The notes below the pieces were generated by a model that worked only from the letters and a program-made list of their open reading frames with translations, was not told where the DNA came from and made no database searches. Shown here in pieces: positions 42,460-56,457 of a DNA stretch of 64,000 nt (positions are counted from its first letter, which is position 1; every line of letters begins with the position of its first letter). The position numbers and the translations under genes were made by a program. Source of the DNA: Octopus vulgaris (taxonomy: Eukaryota); the NCBI GenBank assembly GCA_951406725.2, contig OX597815.1:194246001-194310000 (forward strand), written 5' to 3'.

Positions 42460-43338
42460 TCAGTGATACTTAATTTATCGACCCCGAAAGGATGAAAGGC
42501 AAAGTAGACCGCGGCGGAATTTAAACTGAGAACGTAGCGACGGGCGAAATACCTGATTCTTTACTACCCACAAGGGGCTAAATGCAGAGAGGACAAACAA
42601 GAATAGACAAACGGATTAAGTCGATTATATCGACCCCAATGCGTAACTGGTACTTATTTAATCGACCCCGAAAGGATGACAGGCAAAGTCGACCTCGGCG
42701 GAATTTGAACTCAGAACGTAGCGACGGGCGAAATACCTGATTCTTTACTACCCACAAGGGGCTAAATGCAGAGAGGACAAACAAGAATAGACAAACGGAT
42801 TAAGTCGATTATATCGACCCCAATGCGTAACTGGTACTTATTTAATCGATCCCGAAAGGATGAAAGGCAAAGTAGACCGCGGCGGAATTTAAACTGAGAA
42901 CGTAGCGACGGGCGAAATACCTGATTCTTTACTACCCACAAGGGGCTAAATGCAGAGAGGACAAACAAGAATAGACAAACGGATTAAGTCGATTATATCG
43001 ACCCCAATGCGTAACTGGTACTTATTTAATCGACCCCGAAAGGATGAAAGGCAAAGTAGACCGCGGCGGAATTTAAACTGAGAACGTAGCGACGGGCGAA
43101 ATACCTGATTCTTTACTACCCACAAGGGGCTAAATGCAGAGAGGACAAACAAGAATAGACAAACGGATTAAGTCGATTATATCGACCCCAATGCGTAACT
43201 GGTACTTATTTAATCGACCCCGAAAGGATGACAGGCAAAGTCGACCTCGGCGGAATTTGAACTCAGAACGTAGTGGCAGATGAAATACTGCTAAGCATTT
43301 TGCCCGGCGTGCTAACGATTCTGCCACCTTACCGCCTT
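42460..43338 (-). mobile_element. SINE-C multimer (4 full 184-bp units plus a partial unit)
   Basis: 184-bp period, seen in ORF-track repeats at 42578, 42762, 42946 and 43130; head at ~43338. Confidence 0.9.
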
Positions 43339-44670
43339 AATGCTTTTTGTAATATAAATATCACTGTAATTTCGCCGGGGCCGACTTTGCTTTTCATCCT
43401 TTCGGGATCGATAAATTAAGTACCAGTTGCGTACTGACGTCGATCTAATCGACTGGGCCCCTCCCCCAAAATTTCGTGCCTTGTGCCAAGAGTAGATAGA
43501 AGAATATTAATATCACTGTAGTAACAGCAAAGTGGCAATCTGGCAGAATCGTTAGCACGGCGGGGAAAAAACGTTTAGCGGCATTTCGTCCGTCTTTACA
43601 TTCTGAGTTCAAATTCCGCTGAGGTCCATTTTACCTTTCGGGGTTGATAAAATAAGTAACAGTTGAGTACTGGGGGTCGATGTAATCAACTTATCCCATC
43701 CCACAAAACTGCTGATCTGGTGTCAAAATTTGAAACCGATATTACAAAACGCAGTTTATGCTCTTAGTTACGTTTTATTCAATTTGTATTCTTTATTATA
43801 TCCAATATAGTAACATCGATGTATATTTATACATTATATGTATTTGTATATTTAATTTTCACCAGTAATTTTTATTGGATAACTGTATTTAATAGAATTA
43901 TATTAGTTTTAATTTTAAAAAAAACGTCACAAGTTAAATTATTATAGGTTGAAACATTAATAAATTTGAAAAACTCATAATAAAAATTTTATCATTTACA
44001 AAACGTAAAATTATTTTTTCTAATTAAAAATTAATAAATGCTATAATGAAAATTTCTATTTCCTAGGCACGCAAATTATTCTTTATATTAAAAAATTCGA
44101 AAAAGCATAAAAGAAAAATTTTGAATTTTACAGTAGAGCAAAAATAATGTTTTCAGATTAAAAAGATTAAAATAAGATTATAGTTAAAATTTTGTGCTTA
44201 TAGAAATGAAAATTAAGTTTTCTATTTAAAAATTTAAAAAAACTCATTATAATAAAAAATTTTCCAGAAAGGAAAGTTAAAATTTTTAATTAGAAAATAT
44301 GGGCGTAATAAAAAAAAAATGCATGTTGGCCCTGTAACGACTATTAATGTTCGAAATCCAAAATGGCTGCAATAAAATCTTAGTCATTTAAAGAAAGGAA
44401 AATTAATACTATAAAGTGAGTGGGTGGGTGGGTGGGTGGGTGGGGGTGCTTATTTCTATGACCGTAAACACAATTTTATAGTCTCCTATCTTCTTTCCCT
44501 TCCGTTTTTCATCCCGAGTTAAAAGGGTTAACACAGGAAAATTGCTATAAAATAAATTAGAATTAAATAGACATATAAATGAAGCTTCAGTATAAATTTC
44601 ACAGCGCACAACATTTTACCAACCTTAACTAAATCTGCCTTGGCATCAGAACCAACCCGACATTTTTGAC

Positions 44671-45719
44671 AATTCTGCAGAGACCTGAATGAGTGGAAAT
44701 CCGAAGGAGCAATATCTGGTGAATAAGGAGGGTGGGGTAACACATCCCAGCCGAGCTGCAGCAATTTTTGTCTCGTTCCCAAAGAAACGTGCGGTCTTGC
44801 ATTGTCATGTTGGAAAACAACACCCTTCCTGTTGGCCAATTCTGGACGTTTCTCTTGAATTGCTGCTTTTAACTCGTCCAGTTGTGTGCAGTATTTCTCA
44901 GAATTAATTGTCTGGTTACTTGGGAGAAGCTCATAGTACAGGATTCCTTTCCAATCCCACCAGAAACAAAGCAAGACTTTTTTAGGGTGAAGACCCGCTT
45001 TTGCGGTGGTTAAGGGTGGCTCATGTCACTTACTCCAGGATCGCTTTCTCTGAACATTTCGGCTGATAATGCATTTCTCATCACCTCTCACAATTTGCTT
45101 TAAAAAAGGCACGCTTTCATTCCCTTTATAAAGCGAATCACATATGGAAATGCGATCCAAAAGGTTCTTCTCACTCAACTCATGTGGTACCCAAACATCG
45201 TAGTGATTTGTGTACCCAAGCTTTACCAGATGCTCATGAACGACGGATTTTGATAGGTTGAGGCTTTCTGCCAATTCTCGGGTTGTGCAATGTGGGTTAT
45301 TCTCAATAAATGACTTGATTTGGTCATCATCTGTAGTGGATGGTCTGCCTTATCGCTCTTTATCAATAAGGCTACAATCTCCAGCTCGGAACCTTGCGAA
45401 CCACTTCCGTACAGTTCTTTCGGATAAAGAAACATCATCGTAAACTGCGCATATTTCTTTGGTTGCTTCTGAGGTATTTTTCCCTTCACGGAAAAAGAGA
45501 AGCATCAAGTGCCGAAAATGAACTTTCTTATCTTCTATTTTAAAGGGTTACAGAATTAACACAGGTTATAGGAACATAAACCTTCTTCCACGAAAAGATA
45601 GCTTAAACTGTGCTCTAAATGGAGGTGCAGTCAAATCCTATTTTATGGACTCCACCATGTTCTAAAATAAGTTGAAAGGTAAGCTACTATAGATCGGCAT
45701 GAACTTCCCGGAAAACCCA

Positions 45720-45720
<1 letters not shown>
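44671..45720 (-). mobile_element. 3'-truncated mariner transposon (mellifera-like) with transposase pseudogene
   Basis: Left TIR TTGGGTTTTCCGGGAAGTTCATGCCG with TA at 45721. One frame from 45538 (ATA in place of ATG) carries WFARFR, WVPHEL, GDEK, WWDWKG, HDNARPH and HPPYSPDIAPSDF with two stops. The element breaks off after RSLQN and has no right TIR. Confidence 0.92.
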
Positions 45721-45765
<45 letters not shown>

Positions 45766-46097
45766 ATCTATCTATCTAACCAAGTTTAGTGGAAAGTAAA
45801 TATACTCATGTTTACTTTATAGTTGTTTATTCAGGATTAATTCTTTCTGTTTACTTTTATAATATCACATACATAACGGCATCATAAAGATATTTACATA
45901 TTCGAAATGAAATTCTTCACGTTAATTTATTAAGCAAGGCAAAGGTCATAACGGGAACTATTTGCAAATCAGCTTTGTCGCATACTCAGAAAATAAATAA
46001 AAATCTCGATTTGTCGTATTACAATGTAGCTTGTAAGGTTCCTACATGTTAGATAACATAAATACGTTCTAGATATTTTGTTTTCTAACTGTACTCC

Positions 46098-46482
46098 CTT
46101 TTACTCTTTTACTTGTTTCAGTCATTTGACTGTGGCCATGCTGGAGCACCACCTTTAGTCGAGCAAATGGACCCCAGGACTTATTTTTTGTAAGCCTAGT
46201 ACTTATTCTATCGATCTCTTTTGCCGAACCGCTAAGTTACGCGGAAGTTGTCAACTGATGTTGGGGAGACAAACACAGACACACAAACACATAGACACAC
46301 TTACATATATATATACATATATACGACGGGCTTCTTTCAGTTTCTGTCTACCAAATCCACTCACAAGGCTTTGGTCGGCCCGAGGCTATAGTAGAAGACG
46401 CTTGCCCAAGGTGCCACGTAGTGGGACTGAACCCGGAACCATGTGGTTGGTAAGCAAGCTACTTACCACACAGCCGCTCCTA
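46098..46482 (-). mobile_element. SINE-B
   Basis: Head and tail on the minus strand. Confidence 0.85.
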
Positions 46483-46869
46483 CCTTTCTTTGTAAGTTAC
46501 ATCAAATGTGATTCCGCAATCTTGGTAAGAGAGGAATGTTTCCTGTTGTATATAAAGGTGTACACTTCGTTTTCCTTGTATGATATAATTGCTTCATATC
46601 CCACTCCTCATTCACAATAATTACTTATCGTAAAGTTTCAGGGAACCTGTTTCTTTTTACACCAGCTGAAGAAGCGAGGAGTCGCAGCAATGGTTAGATC
46701 TCTCAGAAAATTAACGTAAGGTAAATAAACGCATATTTTCTGGATATATTCCAGATTCTTCTTGTTTAGACATTGGCCATAATGTGTGTGTGTGTGTGTA
46801 CGTGCACACACACACACATACACGCACACACATACACACACACATATATATGTGCATACATACATGCAT

Positions 46870-47305
<436 letters not shown>

Positions 47306-47983
47306 GTGTGTGTTGTGTGCGTGTGTGAATGTGTTGTGTGCGTATGCATTGTGTGTGTGTATGTGTGTGTGTGTGTATCTGTGTGTGTGTATACATACAC
47401 GCACCTGTATTCAATTATGCATTTATTTATTTGTTCGGTCAACGTCTTCTGACGTAACTTTATGCTTACGAATACGCGATCAATCAGTTTTGGTGGGCTA
47501 TAGATATGTGCGCATATGTGTGTGTATGTGTGTGCGTGCATGTGTGTGTACGTGTGTGTACGCGCACGCTTGGGTATGTGTGAGTATATCGTAGTGTAGA
47601 CTTACGTATGTCTATGTTGAATACTGCTGTGATCTTTTCCTGTGTTGTGCAACAAACATGTATGGTGTACGTGCAACCATTTCACCTTATATGTACTTAC
47701 ATGTACATTAATGTACATACGCAATGCATATAGATCCACCAACACACACACACATATATATATATACATATATAAAAGTCATTACAGCTTAAATGCACAT
47801 TTCCATTCCTCATTCTGTCGAAATACATCAATGTTTCCCTCCATCCATCATACAACCACTCCTGTTTTGACGTGAACTGATGCAATTAAACCAACTCACA
47901 TACAGGTTTGCTTAGATATATATGCACCCTGGTGAATCTATAGAAATTACAGAAAATATCCACAAATAATATTCCTGTATTCT

Positions 47984-48730
47984 TCTCTATTCTAGGTACA
48001 AGGCCGGAAATTTTTGGGGAGGGGGCCAGTTGATTAGATCGACCCCAGTTCGCAACTGGTATTTAATTTATCACGGCGAGCTGGCAGAAACGTTAGCGTG
48101 CCGGGCGAAATGCTTAGCGGTATTTCGTCTGGCGCAACGTTGTGAGTTCAAATTCCGCTGAGGTCGACTTTGCCTTTCAATCTTTCGGGGTCGATAAATT
48201 AAGTACCAGTTACGCACTGGCGTCGATGTAATCGACTTAATCCCTTTGTCTGTCCTTGTTTGTCCTCTTTATGTTTAGCCCCTTGTGGATCGTATAGAAA
48301 TAGGTATTTCGTCTGCCGTTACGTTCTGAGTTTAAATTCTTTTCTACTCTGGACACAAGGCCTGAAAGTTTGGGAGAGGGAACCAGTCGATTAGATCGAA
48401 CCCAGTACGCAACTGGTACTTAATTTATCGACTCCGAAAGGCTGAAAGGCAAAGTCGACCTCGGCGGAATTTGAACTCAGAACGTAACGGCAGACGAAAT
48501 ACCCATTTCTTTATTAGCCACAAGGGGCTAAACATAGAGGGGACAAACAAGGACAGACATAGGTATTAAGTCGATTACATCGACCCCAGTGCGTAACTGA
48601 TACTTAATTTATCGACCCCGAAAGGATAAAAGGCAAAGTCGACCTCGGCGGAATTTGAACTCACAACGTAACGGCAGACGAAATACGGCTACGCGTTTCG
48701 CCCGGCGCTACCGTTTCTGCCAGCTCGCCG
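47984..48730. mobile_element. Nested and inverted SINE-C copies
   Basis: Minus tail 47984-48071, plus copy 48074-48340 and minus dimer 48340-48730. Confidence 0.8.
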
Positions 48731-49477
48731 ACTTCCTGTATTGCTGTATTTGCAGGCGTGTCCGCTGCTACAGTTGCAACTTGTGCATACAGTTGCAATT
48801 ATATTCAACATTTCTCTCCACTGACCTTTTACATATTTTGCATAGTTGTTGTCGAGTTGAGTACAACACCCACTGCAGAGAGTCGACTTGACCAGATTTG
48901 CTTAACATTAATAATAGTGAGCCTAGGTAGCCATTTCCTTACTGTAAGGGTAATTTTAATTACTTGCCATTTTTTTAGCTTTAAGTCGAGTTATGGTGGT
49001 ATTGTTAAGAAAACTGTTTCTCAACCACTTGGTTTTCGGTTCAGTTCCAGTGCACAGTGCGTCGGTACTTCCACCATAGATCCGGGTAGACTAATGTTTT
49101 ATGAGCGAATTTGGTCAATGGAAGCTTTTCAGAAGTTCGTTGTCCATCGATCGATCCATCTATCCATCCATACATATATACATACATACATACCTACATC
49201 GTATGTATGTGTGTATGTAGTTTAAGGTTGATAGCTAGAAGCAGGCGACTTAGTCCATTATAAATGCCACATTAGTCAAATCCAATCCTCTTCCTTTTCT
49301 TTTTTTCTCCTTGACAGTTCAGTTGTATTGGCTCTGAGAAGGGTTTTTTTCCCAGTATTTTCAGTCGATCAATCGATCGATTGATAAAATCAAACCACGA
49401 ATGAACCTAAATGCATATCTGAAACAGTTGTAAGCCTATAGTAAAAATAAATGTATACAGTAAAAATAAATGTATAT

Positions 49478-49873
49478 AGGCGCAGGAGTGACTGTGTGGT
49501 AAGTAGCTTGCTAACCAACCACATGGTTCCGGGTTGAATCCCACTGCGTGGCATCTTGGGCAAGTGTCATCTGCTATAGCCCCGCGCCGACTAATGCCTT
49601 GTGAGTGGATTTGGTAGACGGAAACTGAAAGAAGCCTGTCGTATATATGTATATATATGTGTGTGTGTGTTTGTGTTTGTCCCCCTAGCATTGCTTGACA
49701 ACCGATGCTGGTGTGTTTACGTCCCCATCACTTAGCGGTTCGGCAAGAGAGACCGATAGAATAAGTACTGGGGTTCCAAAGAATAAGTCCCGGGGTCGAT
49801 TTGTTCGACTAAAGGCGGTGCTCCAGCATGGCCGCAGTCAAATGACTAAAACAAGTAAAAGAGTAAAAGAGTA
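49478..49873 (+). mobile_element. SINE-B
   Basis: Full length. Confidence 0.88.
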
Positions 49874-50388
49874 ACCCGCAATCTATGTCAGATCTATCTA
49901 TCTAACACTTTCCTCTCTGGTCAATCTTTCATCAACTTCTTCAAGTAGCACTTGAAAAGGAAAGTGAGAGTAGCGAGGCAAGTTTTGTCGAGCGAATGTT
50001 TCAAAAAAAGATGGGTGAATGCAGCACGGATGGCACGTATGAATGACGAAGCCACCTTGAGCATAATCCTATGAACCTGGAAAAATTTAAAACAGAGAGT
50101 TACTTACTTGCAAATAAATGTGTTAACTTGCGACAATATTGACCGAGGTTTCCGTGGTCTTTTCCGCAGACTTTTCTCTCCACGGATAAACCTTATCTGT
50201 TTCCCCCTTTACACTTTACATCATGACATTTCTGTGATACGCGATCCCTACTGATCGTTTTTTTTTACAATCCCTTTTGATCGAAAACCTACCCCCACTT
50301 CTTTCTCCCCCAAAAGAAAAGCTCTTCTTTGTAATTTGTCTCCTCTATGTTCAGTCCTGTGTGGCTAATAATGAAAAATATCTATCTG

Positions 50389-50493
<105 letters not shown>

Positions 50494-50821
50494 ATGCGTG
50501 CGCATGCATGTTTCTATGTGAATGTTTGCATCCTGCGCATCGGATGACAAAAGCACTAAGCTGTAATCAGTATTGTTTGTTGACGAATCCCTGTCAGCAA
50601 ATTCCTTCCGTAGGTCTGCATTTTCGAAGAATGAAAAACCTTCTACTTGAAAACATGTAAGAGTTAGTAACACAAAGAGCATACAGCTGTAAAATAATGC
50701 ATCAATAGTTTATTTTCTTCTAGCACAGTATGAAAAAAACGTATGTGCAGTGAATAAACACATGAACGATTAAATGTGTTAGCACACATACAAATTATAG
50801 GGGCAGAATTGGTGGTATATA

Positions 50822-51052
50822 GGCGGCAAGCTGGCAGAATCGTTAGCACGTTAGACGAAATGCTTAGCTGTATTTCGTCTGCCGTTACGTTCTGAGTTCA
50901 AATTCCGCGTAGGTCGACTTTGCCTTTCATTCTTTCGGGGTCGATAAATTAAGTACCAGTTACGCACTGGGGTCGATCTAATCGACTTAATTCCTTTGTC
51001 TGCCCTTGTTTGTCCCCTTTATGTTTAGCCCCTTGTGGGTAATAAAGAAATA
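50822..51052 (+). mobile_element. SINE-C monomer
   Basis: Complete head, core and tail. Confidence 0.85.
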
Positions 51053-51289
51053 AGAATTGATGGTATAATATGCAGCTTGAAACGACTGGTCCCAGGACAG
51101 CTAGATTTGGCCACATGTAGCTACGTTTCAAGACTTTTATGGTTTTATTTCAGTGATTGAACTGCGGTCATGCAAGGATATTGCATTCAAAAGTTTCAAT
51201 TGGTCATATAGACGACTCGATTCGTGGGAACATATGAGTCATAATCCATAAGCTCGCTGTACAACCGGACTGCGACCACGGCATATTGT

Positions 51290-52047
51290 AACAGAAAATG
51301 ACAGAAGTGTTTGGATCTTGGAAAGTGTGTGTAAATTGGATACTAAGGCAGTTGGTACATGATTTAAAGAAGAGAAAATGGTGGAAGCCTTTTCTGATCA
51401 GTTGGAAGCGTTTGAAGTCAATAAAAATAGGTTTTTCCTCGATGTGGTGACAGATGAAACATGGCTGTACTTTTATGAGCTGGAAACGAAAATTCAGTTT
51501 ATGAAATAGCGTCACATTTTTTCTTCAAGGCCAAAGCAGTTAAGGAGCGATCAATCACTACCAAGCGTCATGGTGATTGCTTTTGGAGATGACAAGAGAG
51601 TCATGCTTCGTGATTTTCTGGAAATTGGCTGTACAGTGAACAGCAAGAGAACATTAAACCAGGAAGTGGCGAACATTAAGACACCCCTAAAATGCTTGCA
51701 GAAGCCACCATTAGAAGAGAAAGACTGAACAAGAATCTGTAGGCGATCTACATTCACCATGACAATATGCATCCTCACACATCTTTGGCAACAGGTTAGA
51801 TAATCGGAAAATTGGGCAGTCCATTGGTCCCCATTCATCGTACAGCGCTGGTCAAGCACCATCCGACTTCCTTCTGTTCGGTCCAAAGAAGGACAGTCAT
51901 GGGTATAATGATTTGATGATACAGACGAGGTGATATTTTGTCAAAGACGATTCGAAAATTGGGTTCAACGATAGCGCAAATGTGTCGCTTTTGATGGAGA
52001 CCATGTTGAATAGGAAGAGTTGAACAACCAATTATACAAGCCTCATA
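51290..52047 (+). mobile_element. Old, degenerate mariner relic
   Basis: Fragments VVTDETWLYFYELETK, VMVIAFGD, IHHDNMHPHTS and PHSSYSAGQAPSDFLLFGP lie in shifting frames; a TIR-like end ...acaagcctcaTA is near 52047. Confidence 0.7.
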
Positions 52048-52134
52048 TAAGACACACATACATACATACATACATACATACATACATACATTTCTCTCTC
52101 TTTATGTATATATATATTTTTTTTTTCTAATTTT

Positions 52135-52540
52135 TTCTCTTTTATTGCTCCAGTCATTTGACTACGGCCATGTTGGAGCACCACCTTTAGTCGAGCAAAT
52201 CGTCCCCATGACTTATTCTTTGGAAGCCTAGTACTTATTCTATCGATCTCTTTTGCCGAACTGCTAAGTTACGGGGACGTAAACACACCAGCATCGGTTG
52301 TCAAACGATGTTGGGGGGGGGGGGACAAACACAGACATAAACATATACACACATACGTATATATATACATATATACGACGGGCTTCTTTCGGTTTCCGTC
52401 TAATAAATCTACTCACAAGGCTTTGGTCGGCCCGAGGCTATAGTAGAAGACGGTTGCCCAAGGTGCCACGCAGTGGGAATGAACACGGAACCATGTGGTT
52501 AGCAAGCAAGCTACTTACCACACAGCCACTCCTGTGCCTA
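52135..52540 (-). mobile_element. SINE-B
   Basis: Head and tail on the minus strand. Confidence 0.85.
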
Positions 52541-52718
52541 TATATATATATCTATATATATGCGCGTGTGTGTACATACGATAGGTTAATTTTATAGACA
52601 CATCTGTTGATATGAAACAGAGAAATAGAGAGATAGATAAATAAATAGACAAACAGATAGACAGATAGATTAATAGAGACAGAGATAGATAGATAAATAG
52701 GTAGATAGATACATAGAT

Positions 52719-52768
<50 letters not shown>

Positions 52769-52842
52769 AAAGGCGTACGAAGAGAATGCATGGTTTTCGA
52801 AGGAGCGTGAGAGCTATGTAAAACAAATGACAATTACGTAAT

Positions 52843-53215
52843 TGGACAATTAGGGCAAACGCAAAGTCGGAGGGCAGAAGAAGCGCTTCAAGGACAGTCT
52901 CAAGGTCTCTCTCAAAGACTTCTCCATCGGCACAGAGACCTGGGAGACACTTGCTGCCGACCGCTCATCCTGGCGCAGCGCAATCACCGTAGGAGCAGGG
53001 ACAGCCGAGGAGGGACGGATTCGGTCAGCAGAGCAGAAACGCCAGATGCGGAAAGCCAGAGCCGCCTGCACCAGTAGCATGGCCCCTACACACTTCTGCC
53101 CCACCTGTGGGAGGGGCTTCTTTGCCCGGATTGGCCTCACCAGCCACCTCCGGTCTCATGGCGGCAGTTCCATCAGATGATGTCAGTGGTCATCTTCGAA
53201 CCGAAGGACGAACGA
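52843..53215 (+). mobile_element. 5'-truncated RTE-clade LINE
   Basis: 52854-53180 is an open frame: GKRKVGGQKKRFKDSLK...WETLAADRSSWR...CPTCGRGFFARIGLTSHLRSH (RTE C-terminus with C2H2 finger). It has a short (GAAC)n tail and a candidate TSD ACGTAAT (52836-42 / 53216-22). Confidence 0.88.
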
Positions 53216-54339
53216 ACGTAATACTGTAACGCTGTCATTGTAAGCAAACTCATTCATTAAATACTTGCCTCCATTTGCGCCGCTCTTAGTGCGTGCATGC
53301 ATGTATGTATGTAATGTCAGTACGTATGTGTGTATGTATGAGTGCATGTATGTATTTATGTGTATGTATGTACCATGCGTACGTATGTATGTGTGTGTCA
53401 GTGCAATGACTGACTCGTGATTTCGCTTTCACAGTTGTATGTACTCACGTACGTATGCATGTATGTGTATCTATGTGTCTCTAAGAGTTGTATGCATGCA
53501 TATATATGCGTGCGTGTATGTGTGTGTATGCGTGTATTTGTGCGTGTGTATTTTCTATATGCATATGTGTAGCTGTGCCATTCGTCTTCTATGTCGGAAG
53601 CAAAAGTGACTATTTGAAATATGTTGGTATAGCAATGAGCACAATTTTGAAAAGCTTTGAATCTTCTCGCTTCTCAGATTCGTTTGAAAATTTCCAGTTA
53701 CCCAACAGGATATAGGTCGAAATGTTTTATACCTTAAATTCATTGTTTGGTCTAAAATTAAGGAAAACACATACAAATAGAATTTGAATTTAAGCATTAT
53801 ATAGATTAATAAAACGAGAATTACTTGCAATACTGGAGAGTTTTTTTGCAATTGAATCTAATGAATAATAATAATGCGGTCACAGGAGTGTGACGAAAGA
53901 ACTCTGGCCGAAATAAGATTAAGATCAATGTAAAAAATAAATAACACTGAAGCAAACTAACACCAAATATATAAGTGCGTGTGTTTTTATTGGCTAAACT
54001 GGCAAAATGATCATTCCAAAATATAATAATATCTGTTTCAACACACGACTTCACATAAAAAATCTTCCACAACAAATATATAAACGTAATAATATTAACA
54101 ATAGGATTCAAATAATCCTATCAGGTGGTGCTATTAAGTTAGACATGGCCTGGACCAATCTTTGGTTGAAACATATCTAAGTTTATCTAAGTTTATAGGA
54201 GCACTCCGTCGGTTACGATGAGGAGGGTCCCAGCTGATACGACCAGCTTGTGAAATTAACGTGCAAGTAGCTGAGTACTCCACAGACACATTGCTTAAGG
54301 ACAAAAAACAAAAAAAAACAAAAACAAAAAAAGAATATA

Positions 54340-54467
54340 CAGGGTGTCCACAAAGTCTGGGTACATGGAGAAAATAAAAATAATAACATAAAGAATTAAA
54401 TATAAGAAATAATAATTTCTTAAAGTATGTGTTAATCCCCGTGTACTCAGACTTTGTGGACACCCTG
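54340..54467. mobile_element. Tc1/mariner-type MITE, 128 bp
   Basis: TIRs CAGGGTGTCCACAAAGTCTG(G/A)GTACA at both ends, each flanked by TA. Confidence 0.88.
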
Positions 54468-54496
54468 TAGATTAGAATGGTGTATACTCGTAAAAG

Positions 54497-54745
54497 TGGA
54501 GGCGCAATGGTCCAGTGGTTAGAGCAGCGCACTCGCGGTCGTAGGATCGCGGTTTCGATTCCCTAGACCGGGCGTTGTGTGTGTTTATTGAGCAAAAACA
54601 CCTAAAGCTCCACGAGGCTCCGGCAGGGTTGGTGGTGGCGACCTCTGTTGTACTGTTTCGCCCCAACTTTCTCTCACTCTTTCTTCCTGTTTCTTGAGTA
54701 TCGCTGCGATGGACTGGCATCCCGTCCAGCTGGGAGGAACACATG
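54497..54745 (+). mobile_element. SINE-A, tail type 2 (3' truncated)
   Basis: Full head and a ctgcgatggactggcatcccgtccag segment. Confidence 0.82.
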
Positions 54746-55008
54746 CGCTTAGTTAACTTTGGGACTACAGATCAAAATAACATTCATCCTACATCCATTT
54801 CGCAGCAGAATTATCAACTAAGAAATCTACTATAATGTGAGACTCACCATTCTTTGTCTTTGTTCTTGTTACCAATGTATCCCTATGTCTTTTGCTCTTC
54901 TTACCTCTACATATGACGCTGCATTCTGACACAACACAATATGCTTCAACACACGGACTCACATAAAGAATCTTGCAAACCAAATCTCAAAACGAAATAT
55001 ATATATAT

Positions 55009-55071
<63 letters not shown>

Positions 55072-55084
55072 TATACATACATAC

Positions 55085-55127
<43 letters not shown>

Positions 55128-55431
55128 CAGAAAAGAAATAACACAGGAAATTACCTTAGACTGACAAGCCTCCAGGAGGGCAGGTTTCATTTTTAAAAGC
55201 AAAATTGCTCCTAAATCTTCAGAGGTGCATTTGCAATCAATACATCATCTATGTTCACGAACGAATTATGCTTCAAAAAATGTGTATGAACATAACTGGT
55301 AAACAGAAACGATCGTAAATGTACTATTACTACCACTTTTCTTTATTAATTAATTAAATTAATGGCTTATTAGCGCAAACGACCAACTTCTTCCCGTTAT
55401 TTTTCCTCCATTTTCTTCTTGCATATATATA

Positions 55432-55779
<348 letters not shown>

Positions 55780-56457
55780 AATAAAATTTATGACTTCAGT
55801 TCTTTTATCTTCAGTAAGGTCGTTGTTGCCTCTGTTACTGGAGTATAGCTTTTAGTAGATATTTATTGATCTTATGCGCTCTCTCTAATAGTTCAATTTT
55901 TTAAATGCTTTCATTTCGGTTTTCCCTCTGTTTGTTTTCCTTTTAGTGAAGTTTTATCCTTTCCGTTGTTGAATTGTTGTTTCAATGATGTTCATGTTGT
56001 ATATCTTTTATGTCCTTTCATTTTATTCCCTTACTTACTTATCTGTTGATATAAATCTACTACTTATATCTTGTATCAAACTGAGTTTATTGTTAGTTGT
56101 TTTCGTTTCTTTATGAGATCTAAGATTTCCCAGAGCAATTTTTCTCCCGTAGTCTTCAGCCATTTCAGAAAAGAAATAACACAGGAAATTACCTTAGACT
56201 GACAAGCCTCCAGGAGGGCATGTTTCATTTTTAAAAGCAAAATTGCTCCTAAATCTTTAGAGGGGCATTTGCAATCAATACATCATCTACGATGCATGAC
56301 TCTGTCAAAAGACCGATCCAACAAGTTAAGAACAACTCAACATGTTCACGAACGAATTATGCTTCAAAAAAATGTGTATGAGACATAACAAAAGACAGAA
56401 AGAAAAAAAGATTGAAAGAATAAACGATTGAATCCAAGAACAAGCAGCATGAAATTA

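Noticed and set aside
43745-44670. Mitochondrial insertion or piggyBac element in the very AT-rich tract
   Set aside because: No recognisable mitochondrial gene motif; AAAGGGTTAA at ~44522 has no matching left end.
55175-55225. Hammerhead-like CTGAAGA-hairpin-GAAA on the minus strand
   Set aside because: Extra bases before GAAA, no NUH triplet or stem I partner, and the duplicate copy has CTAAAGA.
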